A stretch of 64,000 bases of DNA from Candidatus Woesearchaeota archaeon. GTDB lineage: Archaea; Nanobdellota; Nanobdellia; Woesearchaeales; 21-14-0-10-32-9. A program made the position numbers and the translations under genes. Positions 37,133 to 45,186 of this stretch are shown piece by piece (position 1 is the stretch's first letter; each line of letters starts with the position of its first letter). Where the stretch lies: the NCBI GenBank assembly GCA_020854775.1, contig JAHKLZ010000044.1:6415-70414 (forward strand). Reading direction: 5' to 3'. Under the pieces are notes generated by a model. That model had not been told where the DNA came from. It did not search any database and saw only the letters and a list, made by a program, of their open reading frames with translations.

Positions 37133-37786
37133 TTAGTTCAAAGAACCACTAATCATTTTGTTATGCTTCTTAATGCCATCTTTACCAATAACAAAAACAT
37201 CCACTCCTTCCCCACTAGCAGAATCTCTTTGAAGAGCAGCATTAATCGCACGATAAGCAAGAGAAACACCATTCTCAACACTTAAATCAGACTGCCACGC
37301 ATCCTCTAATAAACCCATAGCGAAAGTAGAACCAGAACCTGAAGCTAAATAACCCTTAGCTTTACTATTACTGTTAACGCCGGTTAAAGCACCATCTGGA
37401 TAAATATCATAAAGCTGAAAACCATTTTCAACATCATAACCACCAAACAAGAAATGACAAACACCGCCAAAACCGCCGTAACTACGAATATTACTGTAAT
37501 TAAAATTAGCCAATAAATTAGCAGCTTCCTTCACATTAGGCTTTCTATTAGTACGAACTTCTTTAAGCTTAAGCTCAGCCTTCAAATATTTAACCAATAA
37601 CTGAATATCAGAAACAGTACCAGCAGTAGTCAAAGCCATATTAGGCATAATCTCAATAACTTTTTCAATATCCTTATTAGCAATTAAATGACCAGCAGTA
37701 GCTCTCTTATCAGCAGCTAAAACTACTGCGTCCTTACAAATAATACCGATGGTTGTTGTACCTGTCTTAAGATTTTCTCCCGTCAT
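37133..37786 (-). CDS. psmB: proteasome beta subunit
   Basis: Propeptide MTGENLKTG followed by TTTIGI (Thr1 nucleophile). 217 aa. Confidence 0.9.
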   Translation of the reverse strand: MTGENLKTGTTTIGIICKDAVVLAADKRATAGHLIANKDIEKVIEIMPNMALTTAGTVSDIQLLVKYLKAELKLKEVRTNRKPNVKEAANLLANFNYSNIRSYGGFGGVCHFLFGGYDVENGFQLYDIYPDGALTGVNSNSKAKGYLASGSGSTFAMGLLEDAWQSDLSVENGVSLAYRAINAALQRDSASGEGVDVFVIGKDGIKKHNKMISGSLN

Positions 37787-38001
37787 AATTTCATTACCTC
37801 AAAAAATTTTTTTTCTTTTTTTGTTTTGATTATCCTTACGAACAATATGTCATGCTTTGCTTTTGTTATTAGAACCTTTTTTCTCCAGGTCTAAAAGAAA
37901 CACAAATAAAATAATTTTCCAACCCTTAAAACAAAAGATAGCGGGGCTTTATTTAAATAATTTTTGAATTTTAAATAAAAATCAAGAAAAAATACAAATA
38001 A

Positions 38002-38769
38002 TCACTCCGCAGAAACCAATCCTTTTTTTAATTTAGCCAAACAAATAGTAATATCCTCAAAATGAGCTTCCTGCTCTAAATCAATTCTGCGCTGAGTATC
38101 CAAATATAAAAGAGGAATAAAAGTATAAATCTTCTCTTCTTTATCCTCTGATTTTAATAATTGAGAAAATTGAACGTGCTTAACAGTTTCTAAAGTTTTC
38201 TGAATCTTCTTATACAAATCATTAATTACAACAGTCATATCTTTATCTTTCTTAGGAACCTTAACTTTTTTAGCAACATTACTTAACTTTCTTATATGGC
38301 GTTTCTGATCACCCTCAAGAGCTTTTTCTAAAGCTTCCACTAAGTCATAAACAGAAACTTTTCGTTTCCTAGGTTGAGGAGTCCTATACTTCAAAACAGG
38401 TTTTTCTTTTTGAACAACAACATCAAAAGAAGAATCATCCAAAAAATCCAGAACATCATCGTCTTGAGGAGTAATAAGATTATTTAAAAACACAATGTCT
38501 TCTTTAAGAAGCTTATCAGATTTAATTTTCAAAAAGAAAGCGGCGGCAAGAATAATTTTACCAGATAAACGAAAATCCATTTTCTTCATTTCTTTAAGTA
38601 AAGAAACAAATTTCTCAGCTAAAACAGAAACATCAACATCCCAAGGATCCATTTTTTCAGTCTTAATCAAATCATAAATAATATCTTGCCAAGTAATCTC
38701 GTCTTTATCAAATAACATCTCAAAAATGTCATGTTCCTTATTTCCTGGTGTGACGGGGGCCTCAATCAT
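38002..38769 (-). CDS. scpA: segregation and condensation protein A (ScpA kleisin)
   Basis: 255 aa. The N-terminal block LFDKDEITWQDIIYDLIKTEKMDPWDVDVSVLAEKFVSLLKEMK is typical of ScpA. C-terminal winged helix. Confidence 0.75.
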   Translation of the reverse strand: MIEAPVTPGNKEHDIFEMLFDKDEITWQDIIYDLIKTEKMDPWDVDVSVLAEKFVSLLKEMKKMDFRLSGKIILAAAFFLKIKSDKLLKEDIVFLNNLITPQDDDVLDFLDDSSFDVVVQKEKPVLKYRTPQPRKRKVSVYDLVEALEKALEGDQKRHIRKLSNVAKKVKVPKKDKDMTVVINDLYKKIQKTLETVKHVQFSQLLKSEDKEEKIYTFIPLLYLDTQRRIDLEQEAHFEDITICLAKLKKGLVSAE

Positions 38770-38855
38770 GGTATATCAAAAAGCTATACTAATATATAAA
38801 CATTACTCTTAAGATACTTAATCTCAAGAAAAAAGATGAAAAAAACACAAAAAAA

Positions 38856-38982
38856 TGGTGCGGAGTGCAGGATTCGAACCTGCGTAAGCACTAAGCTAAC
38901 AGGTATCCTATCATTCATCACCAAAAAGGTTCATCATACCTGATCCTAAGCCTGTCCCGTTTGACCACTCCGGCAACTCCGC
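38856..38982 (-). tRNA. tRNA-Leu (anticodon TAG) with 40-nt intron; CCA encoded
   Basis: Acceptor GCGGAGT/ACTCCGC, A73, CCA. Anticodon stem ACAGG/CCTGT with loop CTTAGG[intron]A. Long variable arm TAGCTTAGTGCTTAC. T-arm GCAGG-TTCGAAT-CCTGC. A T5 run follows. Confidence 0.85.
38905..38944 (-). other. tRNA-Leu(TAG) intron at canonical 37/38 position
   Basis: ATCAGGTATGATGAACCTTTTTGGTGATGAATGATAGGAT. Contains two UGAUGAA repeats 16 nt apart. Confidence 0.75.
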
Positions 38983-39073
38983 GCAACAAAAAGAACCACC
39001 AAGATATTTAAAAAACTTTCCTTCACCCACCAAAAACAAAAAACCTTTAAATACAAAAAATACAAAAACAAAC

Positions 39074-39616
39074 ATGGCAATACCAAAAAACGCAAAAAAA
39101 GTATTTCAAGGAATAATGTTCGACGTATACCAATGGGAACAAGAACAATTTAACGGTACAACCAAAACATTCGAAGCAATAAAAAGAAAAGAAAGCGTAC
39201 AAATAATAGCAACAAAAAACAACAAAATAATATTACTAGAAGAAGAACAACCATTCACAGGAAAATTCTTAGCACTACCAGGAGGAGTATGCGAAACAAA
39301 CAACCCAGAAGAAGACGCGAAACGAGAATTACAAGAAGAAACAGGACTCACAACAAAAAAATTTAAATTATGGAAAAAAACAAGATTCTCAACAAAAATA
39401 GAATGGAACACATACTATTATACAGCAAAAAACTGCGAAAAAACACACCAAACCCAATTAGACGCAGGAGAAAAAATAACAGTTCACGAACTAAACTTTG
39501 AAGAATTCATAAAAAAAGTAATATCAGAAGAATTCAGAAACAAAGAATTCAAATACATGATACTACAAATGATGCACGAACACAAATTAGAAGAATTCAA
39601 ACAACAAATATTCTAA
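39074..39616 (+). CDS. Nudix hydrolase
   Basis: Nudix box LPGGVCETNNPEEDAKRELQEETGL. 180 aa. Confidence 0.8.
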   Translation: MAIPKNAKKVFQGIMFDVYQWEQEQFNGTTKTFEAIKRKESVQIIATKNNKIILLEEEQPFTGKFLALPGGVCETNNPEEDAKRELQEETGLTTKKFKLWKKTRFSTKIEWNTYYYTAKNCEKTHQTQLDAGEKITVHELNFEEFIKKVISEEFRNKEFKYMILQMMHEHKLEEFKQQIF

Positions 39617-39661
39617 AAACACAGACAACTTTTAAAAAAGAACAAGTATTCCTTAAAAACA

Positions 39662-40201
39662 ATGGAATACAGCCTAGAATTAAAAATCCCAAAAGAAAGA
39701 GTCGCAGTTCTAATAGGAAAAAACGGAGAAACAAAAAAAGAATTAGAAGACTACACACAAGCAAAAATAGATATTGACTCAAAAGAAGGTGACGTAAAAA
39801 TAACAGGTCTTGACTCCTTAAAAATGTACTCAGCAAAAGAAGTAATAAGAGCAATAGGAAGAGGATTTAACCCAGAAATAGCAAAACTACTATTCAAACA
39901 AGATTACATACTAGAAATAATATCACTACTAGACTACGTAAAACACAAAGGACACTTCGAACGAATAAAAGGACGAGTAATAGGAGCAAACGGCAAATCC
40001 AGAGAAACAATAGAAAACCTAACCCTAACATATATATCAGTGTACGGAAAAACAATAGGAATCTTAGGAAGAGCAGAAGACGTAATAATAAGCAAAAAAG
40101 CAGTCGAAAACTTACTATTAGGAAGTCCACACGCAAACGTATATAAATGGCTAGAAAAAAACAGAAGAAACATGAAAGAAAAAGAAGCCCTAAACTGGTA
40201 A
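39662..40201 (+). CDS. KH-domain RNA-binding protein (archaeal Dim2/Pno1-like)
   Basis: Two KH modules (VAVLIGKNGETKKELE and KGRVIGANGKSRETIE). 179 aa. Near the RIO kinase, as is common in archaea. Confidence 0.75.
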   Translation: MEYSLELKIPKERVAVLIGKNGETKKELEDYTQAKIDIDSKEGDVKITGLDSLKMYSAKEVIRAIGRGFNPEIAKLLFKQDYILEIISLLDYVKHKGHFERIKGRVIGANGKSRETIENLTLTYISVYGKTIGILGRAEDVIISKKAVENLLLGSPHANVYKWLEKNRRNMKEKEALNW

Positions 40202-40202
40202 A

Positions 40203-40658
40203 CTAATACAAGAAAGAATCACTATACTCCTCAATAATATAATTCTCTAAAACACGACTACAAAAAAAAGACTCAATCTCATCCAAATCCTCACAATAAA
40301 AACCATTCTTAATCTCTTCCAAATAACAAGCTTCCTTCAAAGAAATCTCCCGTAAAGACAAACAAGAATCATCAACAACATCAACACTAGGCACAACAAC
40401 AGAAGAATCATCAACAGAAACACCAGAAAAATCATTATAAATCAACAACAAACTAAGAGACAAAACAACAATTAACAAAACAACAACAATCAAACCAGTC
40501 CTCAAAACCTTCCTCTTAAAACCATAAACCTCAGAAATAACACGATCAACATCCGCACGATCCCAACCATTAAGAAGCAAACCCTGCTTCAAACGAGAAG
40601 GATCCTCACCACGAATAGCCTGCTCCTTAACAAATTTCTTTAAAGTATTATAAGACAA
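40203..40658 (-). CDS. single-pass membrane protein, unknown function
   Basis: A cytoplasmic N-domain, one TM (LIVVVLLIVVLSLSLLLI), and a Cys-containing extracellular domain. Confidence 0.45.
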   Translation of the reverse strand: MSYNTLKKFVKEQAIRGEDPSRLKQGLLLNGWDRADVDRVISEVYGFKRKVLRTGLIVVVLLIVVLSLSLLLIYNDFSGVSVDDSSVVVPSVDVVDDSCLSLREISLKEACYLEEIKNGFYCEDLDEIESFFCSRVLENYIIEEYSDSFLY

Positions 40659-40722
40659 AAAAATTCCACCTCAACAAAAACAATAACACCTACTTTTTTT
40701 AAACTTTTCCCAAAAAAAACAA

Positions 40723-41463
40723 TTACTTCTTATTCTTCTCAACCAAAAACTTATCAATAACACGCTTCACAACAACATCCTCATCAATACTCAAAGAACG
40801 AAAAGCCCTAAAAACATTCTTCAAATCCCTACGAAGCAACTCCTCAGAATCCCTATCATTCAAAACAGTAGCCTGACTAAAATCAATAAAAACAGGATTC
40901 TCCTCAAAATTAAGAATATTAAAATCAGACAAATCACCATGAACCAAACCAACCTCTAACAAACCAATAACACCTTCAATAACCTTATCAAAAAAAGCCA
41001 TAGCATCAACAGGAAAAGAATCCTTCAACATAGGAGAAGGAACACCATCACCACCAATAAAATCCATAACAATAACATTATCCCTAAAAACAATAGGAGA
41101 AGGAACTCTAACCTTAGAACGAGCAACCAACAAATTACGATACTCACGCTGAACCCAACTAAAAACAACCTTACGCTTCTGATTCTCCAAACCAACAAAA
41201 CGAGGATCAGACCTAATATAAGAATACATCTTATTAAAATTACAATTCTCCAAACGATAAATCTTCACAGCAACCAAAGAACCATCCTCGCGAGAAGCCA
41301 AAAAAACATTAGCCTCCTTACCAAGAGCAACAGGCTGAGTCAACTCCACAAAATAACCCTGATTAGACAAATCAAAAATAACCCGATTAGTAAAAGAATC
41401 AAAAACATTCTTAAAAATCTTCCACTCCTCACGACCCTTACGAGACTTACGAACCATAACCAA
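40723..41463 (-). CDS. RIO-type serine/threonine kinase (Rio1-like, no N-terminal wHTH)
   Basis: GKEANVF, VAVKIYR, LVHGDLSDFNIL, IDFSQA motifs. 246 aa. Confidence 0.85.
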   Translation of the reverse strand: MVMVRKSRKGREEWKIFKNVFDSFTNRVIFDLSNQGYFVELTQPVALGKEANVFLASREDGSLVAVKIYRLENCNFNKMYSYIRSDPRFVGLENQKRKVVFSWVQREYRNLLVARSKVRVPSPIVFRDNVIVMDFIGGDGVPSPMLKDSFPVDAMAFFDKVIEGVIGLLEVGLVHGDLSDFNILNFEENPVFIDFSQATVLNDRDSEELLRRDLKNVFRAFRSLSIDEDVVVKRVIDKFLVEKNKK

Positions 41464-41608
41464 AGAAAAACAAACAAGTATAAAAAAGATACTAAAAAAA
41501 AATAAACATATTTAAAAAAAACCAGAGTCTACCACATAATACACCACGAATACACACACGAAAATCAAAGTATTTTCGGTCGCGTTCGTTTCACTTACAA
41601 GCGTTCCT

Positions 41609-41691
41609 GCCACGATCGCATAACCTGGTATTGCGCTGGCCTTGAGAGCCAGTTCCTTCGGGAGTTCCCGGTTCGAATCCGGGTCGTGGCG
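41609..41691 (+). tRNA. tRNA-Ser (anticodon TGA)
   Basis: Acceptor GCCACGA/TCGTGGC, G73. Anticodon stem CTGGC/GCCAG with loop CTTGAGA. Long variable arm TTCCTTCGGGAGTT. T-arm CCCGG-TTCGAAT-CCGGG. Confidence 0.9.
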
Positions 41692-41693
41692 CC

Positions 41694-41700
41694 TTTTTTT
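41694..41700 (+). terminator. oligo-T terminator after tRNA-Ser
   Basis: A T7 run begins 3 nt after the discriminator base. Confidence 0.5.
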
Positions 41701-41744
41701 CTTAACAAAACCTTTATATACTTACACACAAGATAAATTTTCAT

Positions 41745-43040
41745 ATGCGCTTAGAATTTCACGGCGCCGCGAGAGAAGTGGGACGTAGTTGCATAGAACT
41801 AACAACTACGCAAGGCAGTAGGTTCTTATTAGATATAGGTATCAAATTCGGAGAACACGGCTTAATTTTTCCTGAAAAAGTATTAGATGTTCCACACATA
41901 GACGGAACATTCATAACGCACGCACACCTAGATCATTCAGGAGGATTACCTTTATTCGAACATAAACAATTACACGGACCAATATTCTGCACAGCACAAA
42001 CATTATCAGCAACAAAAATACTACTAAGAGACTCATACAAAGTAGCAAGAATAAAACACTTACACCCAGCATATAACAATTCAGACCTTAAAGAAGTACA
42101 AAAAGATGCACAAATAATAGATTTTGATAAATGGTACAATCAAAAAGACATAAAATTCATGTTTCTAAACGCAGGACACATACCAGGAAGCGCGATGATA
42201 CTAATAGAAGCAGACAACAAAAGATTACTATACACAGGAGATTTTAACAATAGAGACACAGCCTTAATGGAACATGAAATAATAAACCCTGTTTTAAAAG
42301 AAAAACAATTAGATGTACTAATAACCGAATCAACTTACGGACACAGAGAATTACCAAATAATAAAGAATTAGAAACAAAATTCATAGAATCAATAAAACA
42401 AACACTAGCAAAAGGAGGATCAATAATAATCCCAACCTTCGCACTAGGAAGAGCACAACAAATACTAATAATGTTAGCAAAAGCAGAACTTAATACCAAA
42501 ATATATTTTGACGGATTATGCAATAAACTAACACGACAAATATTAGAATCACCTTCAAAGTACTTAAGAAACAAAGAAATATTAAACGACGCGTTTTACA
42601 ACGAAGTAGAATGGATACATTCTGAAAAAAGAAGAAAAGACGCAATGAAAAACCAAGGAATATTCATAACAACTTCAGGAATGATACAAGGAGGACCTGT
42701 GATGAGTTACATAAAAGAAATGTGGCATGATGAAAAAAACAAAATAATATTAATGGGTTTTCAATGTAAAAGAACGAACGGAAGACACTTAATAGACGAA
42801 GGATACATATATTTAGACGGGTGGAAAACGTACGTAAAATGCGAAGTTGAAAAATACGATTTTTCAGGACATACAGATCATCACGGAATACGAAGATTAG
42901 TAACAGAATTAAAACCTAAACACGTGTTTTTTCAACATGGAGATGAAGAATCAGTATTATGCTTAAAAGAATGGGCTGATAAAGAAGTAGGAGGAAACAA
43001 CTACGCACCAAAAGTTACAGAACAACACGAAATACAATAA
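41745..43040 (+). CDS. beta-CASP metallo-beta-lactamase ribonuclease (aCPSF2-like)
   Basis: 431 aa. THAHLDHSGG, ESTYG, beta-CASP and C-terminal HGDE motifs. No KH domains. Confidence 0.85.
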   Translation: MRLEFHGAAREVGRSCIELTTTQGSRFLLDIGIKFGEHGLIFPEKVLDVPHIDGTFITHAHLDHSGGLPLFEHKQLHGPIFCTAQTLSATKILLRDSYKVARIKHLHPAYNNSDLKEVQKDAQIIDFDKWYNQKDIKFMFLNAGHIPGSAMILIEADNKRLLYTGDFNNRDTALMEHEIINPVLKEKQLDVLITESTYGHRELPNNKELETKFIESIKQTLAKGGSIIIPTFALGRAQQILIMLAKAELNTKIYFDGLCNKLTRQILESPSKYLRNKEILNDAFYNEVEWIHSEKRRKDAMKNQGIFITTSGMIQGGPVMSYIKEMWHDEKNKIILMGFQCKRTNGRHLIDEGYIYLDGWKTYVKCEVEKYDFSGHTDHHGIRRLVTELKPKHVFFQHGDEESVLCLKEWADKEVGGNNYAPKVTEQHEIQ

Positions 43041-43082
43041 AAAAGCATTTTAACACGAGCAAAAACAACAAAAAAACTTTTT

Positions 43083-43098
43083 ACTCCTCGCGAAGAGT
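43083..43098. promoter_or_regulatory. 16-nt imperfect palindrome upstream of the Q/N-rich gene cluster
   Basis: ACTCCTCGCGAAGAGT has one mismatch and is a G/C island. It lies about 15 nt upstream of the TATA-like GATTTAAAAAC. Confidence 0.35.
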
Positions 43099-43174
43099 GT
43101 AAAAGATTTAAAAACAAAGAGAATAATCGAATAGTATACGCGAAAAAAAGATTAAATAAAAAGAGGTAAAATTA

Positions 43175-43987
43175 ATGTTTGATTTCTTACATAAGAAAAA
43201 AGAAGAGTCTAATAAAACAGAAGACCCTGAAAACCAACCAAAAAACAAAGATTTTAGCTCACAAGGATTTAAAGCACCACCAAAACCACCAGTAATCAAT
43301 CAAAACAATCAACAACCACCACAATCAAGTCTTGACCAGTCAAATCAAAACATGATGCAACAAGAACAACAAACAAACCAATCAAGCCCACAACAATTTA
43401 ACAATCAACAACCATTTCAACAACCAATTCCTGATAAACCAAATCAAAACATGATGCAACAAGAACAACAACCACAAGAACCAACAATAAACAAAGAACA
43501 AAAAGAAAATCAAGAAGTATCATTCGAAATACCAGACTTCACAGAAGAAGAACTAGACTTAAGCATAGATCTAAGCGAAGAACAAGAAAAACCAAAATAT
43601 AAAGAAATAGAAGAACAAAAAACAGTATTAATAAACGAACAAGAAGAATCAGATGACGAATTACCAGAATTTGAAATAGAAGAACAACAATACGAAGAAG
43701 AACCATTCGACGAAGACCCAACAGAACAGCAACCAAAAGAAAAAGAAGAACTACCTATATTTAAAGTAACAACAGAAAATAATTATAGGTTCATATCCAA
43801 AAAAGAATACAAACAAATACTATCATCAGTAATGCTAACAAGAAAAGAAACACAATTAATGAGAGATAAACAAACAGAATTCCCAAAAATAGACGTGATG
43901 ATAAAAAGACAATTCCAAGACGCAGAAAAAGACATGAACACAATACGAGAAAGTCTAATAAACACAGACAAAATATTATTCGAATAA
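43175..43987 (+). CDS. Q/N/P-rich, then acidic, low-complexity protein with conserved C-terminal ~80-aa domain
   Basis: 270 aa. Residues ~30-110 are Q/N/P-rich (NQNMMQQEQQ occurs twice) and ~115-190 are E/D-rich. The C-terminal FISKKEYKQILSSV..R.K block resembles the start of the next ORF. AGAGGT Shine-Dalgarno upstream. Confidence 0.6.
   Translation: MFDFLHKKKEESNKTEDPENQPKNKDFSSQGFKAPPKPPVINQNNQQPPQSSLDQSNQNMMQQEQQTNQSSPQQFNNQQPFQQPIPDKPNQNMMQQEQQPQEPTINKEQKENQEVSFEIPDFTEEELDLSIDLSEEQEKPKYKEIEEQKTVLINEQEESDDELPEFEIEEQQYEEEPFDEDPTEQQPKEKEELPIFKVTTENNYRFISKKEYKQILSSVMLTRKETQLMRDKQTEFPKIDVMIKRQFQDAEKDMNTIRESLINTDKILFE
43341..43470 (+). repeat. 31-nt exact in-frame direct repeat, copies 99 nt apart
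   Basis: caaatcaaaacatgatgcaacaagaacaaca at 43341-43371 and 43440-43470. Confidence 0.9.
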
Positions 43988-44002
43988 AAAAAAGGTGAAA
44001 AA

Positions 44003-44221
44003 ATGGAAGAAAAATCCTTATTTATAAAACTAGAAAAATACAAAGAAGTCAACGACTTATTCCACAGAATAGAAAGAACAAAAGAACAAACTAGACAAAA
44101 AATAGAATTAATGAAAAAACTAATGATAAAAGAAAAATCACTACTAGAAGACTTCGAAGAATCACTAAACAGAGCAGACACATACATGGAAGACGCAAGA
44201 AGACTACTAGACAAAGAATAA
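44003..44221 (+). CDS. small coiled-coil protein (72 aa)
   Basis: AAAGGTGA Shine-Dalgarno upstream. SLFIKLEKYKEVNDLFHRIERTKEQTRQK resembles the C-terminal domain of the upstream gene. Confidence 0.55.
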   Translation: MEEKSLFIKLEKYKEVNDLFHRIERTKEQTRQKIELMKKLMIKEKSLLEDFEESLNRADTYMEDARRLLDKE

Positions 44222-44225
44222 AAAA

Positions 44226-44639
44226 ATGGGATACTATTACGAAATAAAAAAACCAGAAGAATTCAGATATAGTGTAATCAGCAGTATAAAAGAATGCTTA
44301 TTATTACAAGGAGAACACGAAAAATTAGTACTAATAAGACAAGCAAAAAAAGACTTGTTTAATGAAATAACAAAATCATCAAAAGAACTAGAAGAACTAA
44401 CAAAAGCACTAGAACAAATACTAACACCAGACGAACTAACACAAGGAATAAAACAATCAATAGAAAGAGAACAAAGAACAACAAAAAAAGAATACGACTA
44501 CGAAGAAACAATCAAACCAAAAAAAATAAACGAAGAACTAAAAAGAAACATAACAAAAACAAGAACCCTAGACTTATTAGACTTCGAATACACACTACAA
44601 AACATAGAAAAAAAATTAGCAGACATAAAAAGAAACTAA
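44226..44639 (+). CDS. coiled-coil protein (137 aa)
   Basis: Starts 4 nt after the preceding stop. Predicted helical/coiled-coil. No recognisable family. Confidence 0.5.
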   Translation: MGYYYEIKKPEEFRYSVISSIKECLLLQGEHEKLVLIRQAKKDLFNEITKSSKELEELTKALEQILTPDELTQGIKQSIEREQRTTKKEYDYEETIKPKKINEELKRNITKTRTLDLLDFEYTLQNIEKKLADIKRN

Positions 44640-44694
44640 AAAAATTCTAAGAATAAAAATTTATAAACAAAAAACAACTCCTAAAAAAAAATAC

Positions 44695-44894
44695 GCGGGG
44701 GTAGCAAAGCCTGGTCAAATGCGCTAGACTCAAGTAACTAAAATAATAATAACTTGAGTGAAGAGTCCAAAAAAAGACAATGAAAAAAAAAGCAACAAGC
44801 TTTATTCCACTAAGAAAAAATTTTGCTAACAAGCAAAAAGTTTGAGGAATCTAGTCCCTTAGTGGGTTCGAGGGTTCGAATCCCTTCCCCCGCA
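44695..44894 (+). tRNA. tRNA-Leu (anticodon CAA) with ~114-nt intron
   Basis: Acceptor GCGGGGG/CCCCCGC, A73. Anticodon stem CTAGA (44724-28)/TCTAG (44850-54) with loop CTCAAG[intron]A. Variable arm TCCCTTAGTGGGTTC. T-arm GAGGG-TTCGAAT-CCCTT. TATA ATTTATAAAC at 44659-44668. Confidence 0.85.
44735..44848 (+). other. tRNA-Leu(CAA) intron (position 37/38)
   Basis: A-rich 114 nt. Its 3' end TTGAG (44842-46) can pair with the anticodon-loop CTCAA. Its 5' part ACTTGAGT (44752-59) can alternatively pair with ACTCAAGT (44728-35). Confidence 0.7.
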
Positions 44895-45086
44895 CCTTTA
44901 TTCTAAAAGTGCTCCTTCAGTTATTCGAACGTGCTCAAAAATACACATAATAATTAATCTAACATAATAAAAACAGCACTAAAAACATACAAAACCTTTT
45001 TAAATCAACTAGTATTTCCAAGAATTTAACGAAATCAAAAAACAAAAACTGATTCGTAGAAAAACAGGACCTGAAAAGAGGTTTTT

Positions 45087-45104
45087 GAAATCACAAGTGA
45101 TTTC
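45087..45104 (+). promoter_or_regulatory. 8-bp perfect inverted repeat in the leader of the uL3 operon
   Basis: GAAATCAC-AA-GTGATTTC. GAAATCA also occurs at 45031 and 45141. A second hairpin TCAGC-CAATA-GCTGA lies at 45145-45159. TATA-like TTTTTAAATC at 44997-45006. Confidence 0.45.
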
Positions 45105-45186
45105 TACACAAAAACTTCAACAATAGGCCCATTAAAAAAAGAAATCAGCCAATAGCTGAAAAAAAACATAAGAGAATTAGACTAAA

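Noticed and set aside
37787-38001. 215-nt spacer between scpA and the proteasome beta gene, considered as a possible ncRNA locus.
   Set aside because: I could find only a TATA-like element (ATTTAAATAAAG on the minus strand) and no convincing stem-loops or known RNA motifs. It is probably a promoter plus a long leader. It remains unresolved without RNA data.
44647-44832. 61-aa minus-strand ORF overlapping the tRNA-Leu(CAA) gene and its intron.
   Set aside because: It lies inside a well-formed tRNA gene and intron. It has no RBS or promoter, and its translation is low-complexity.
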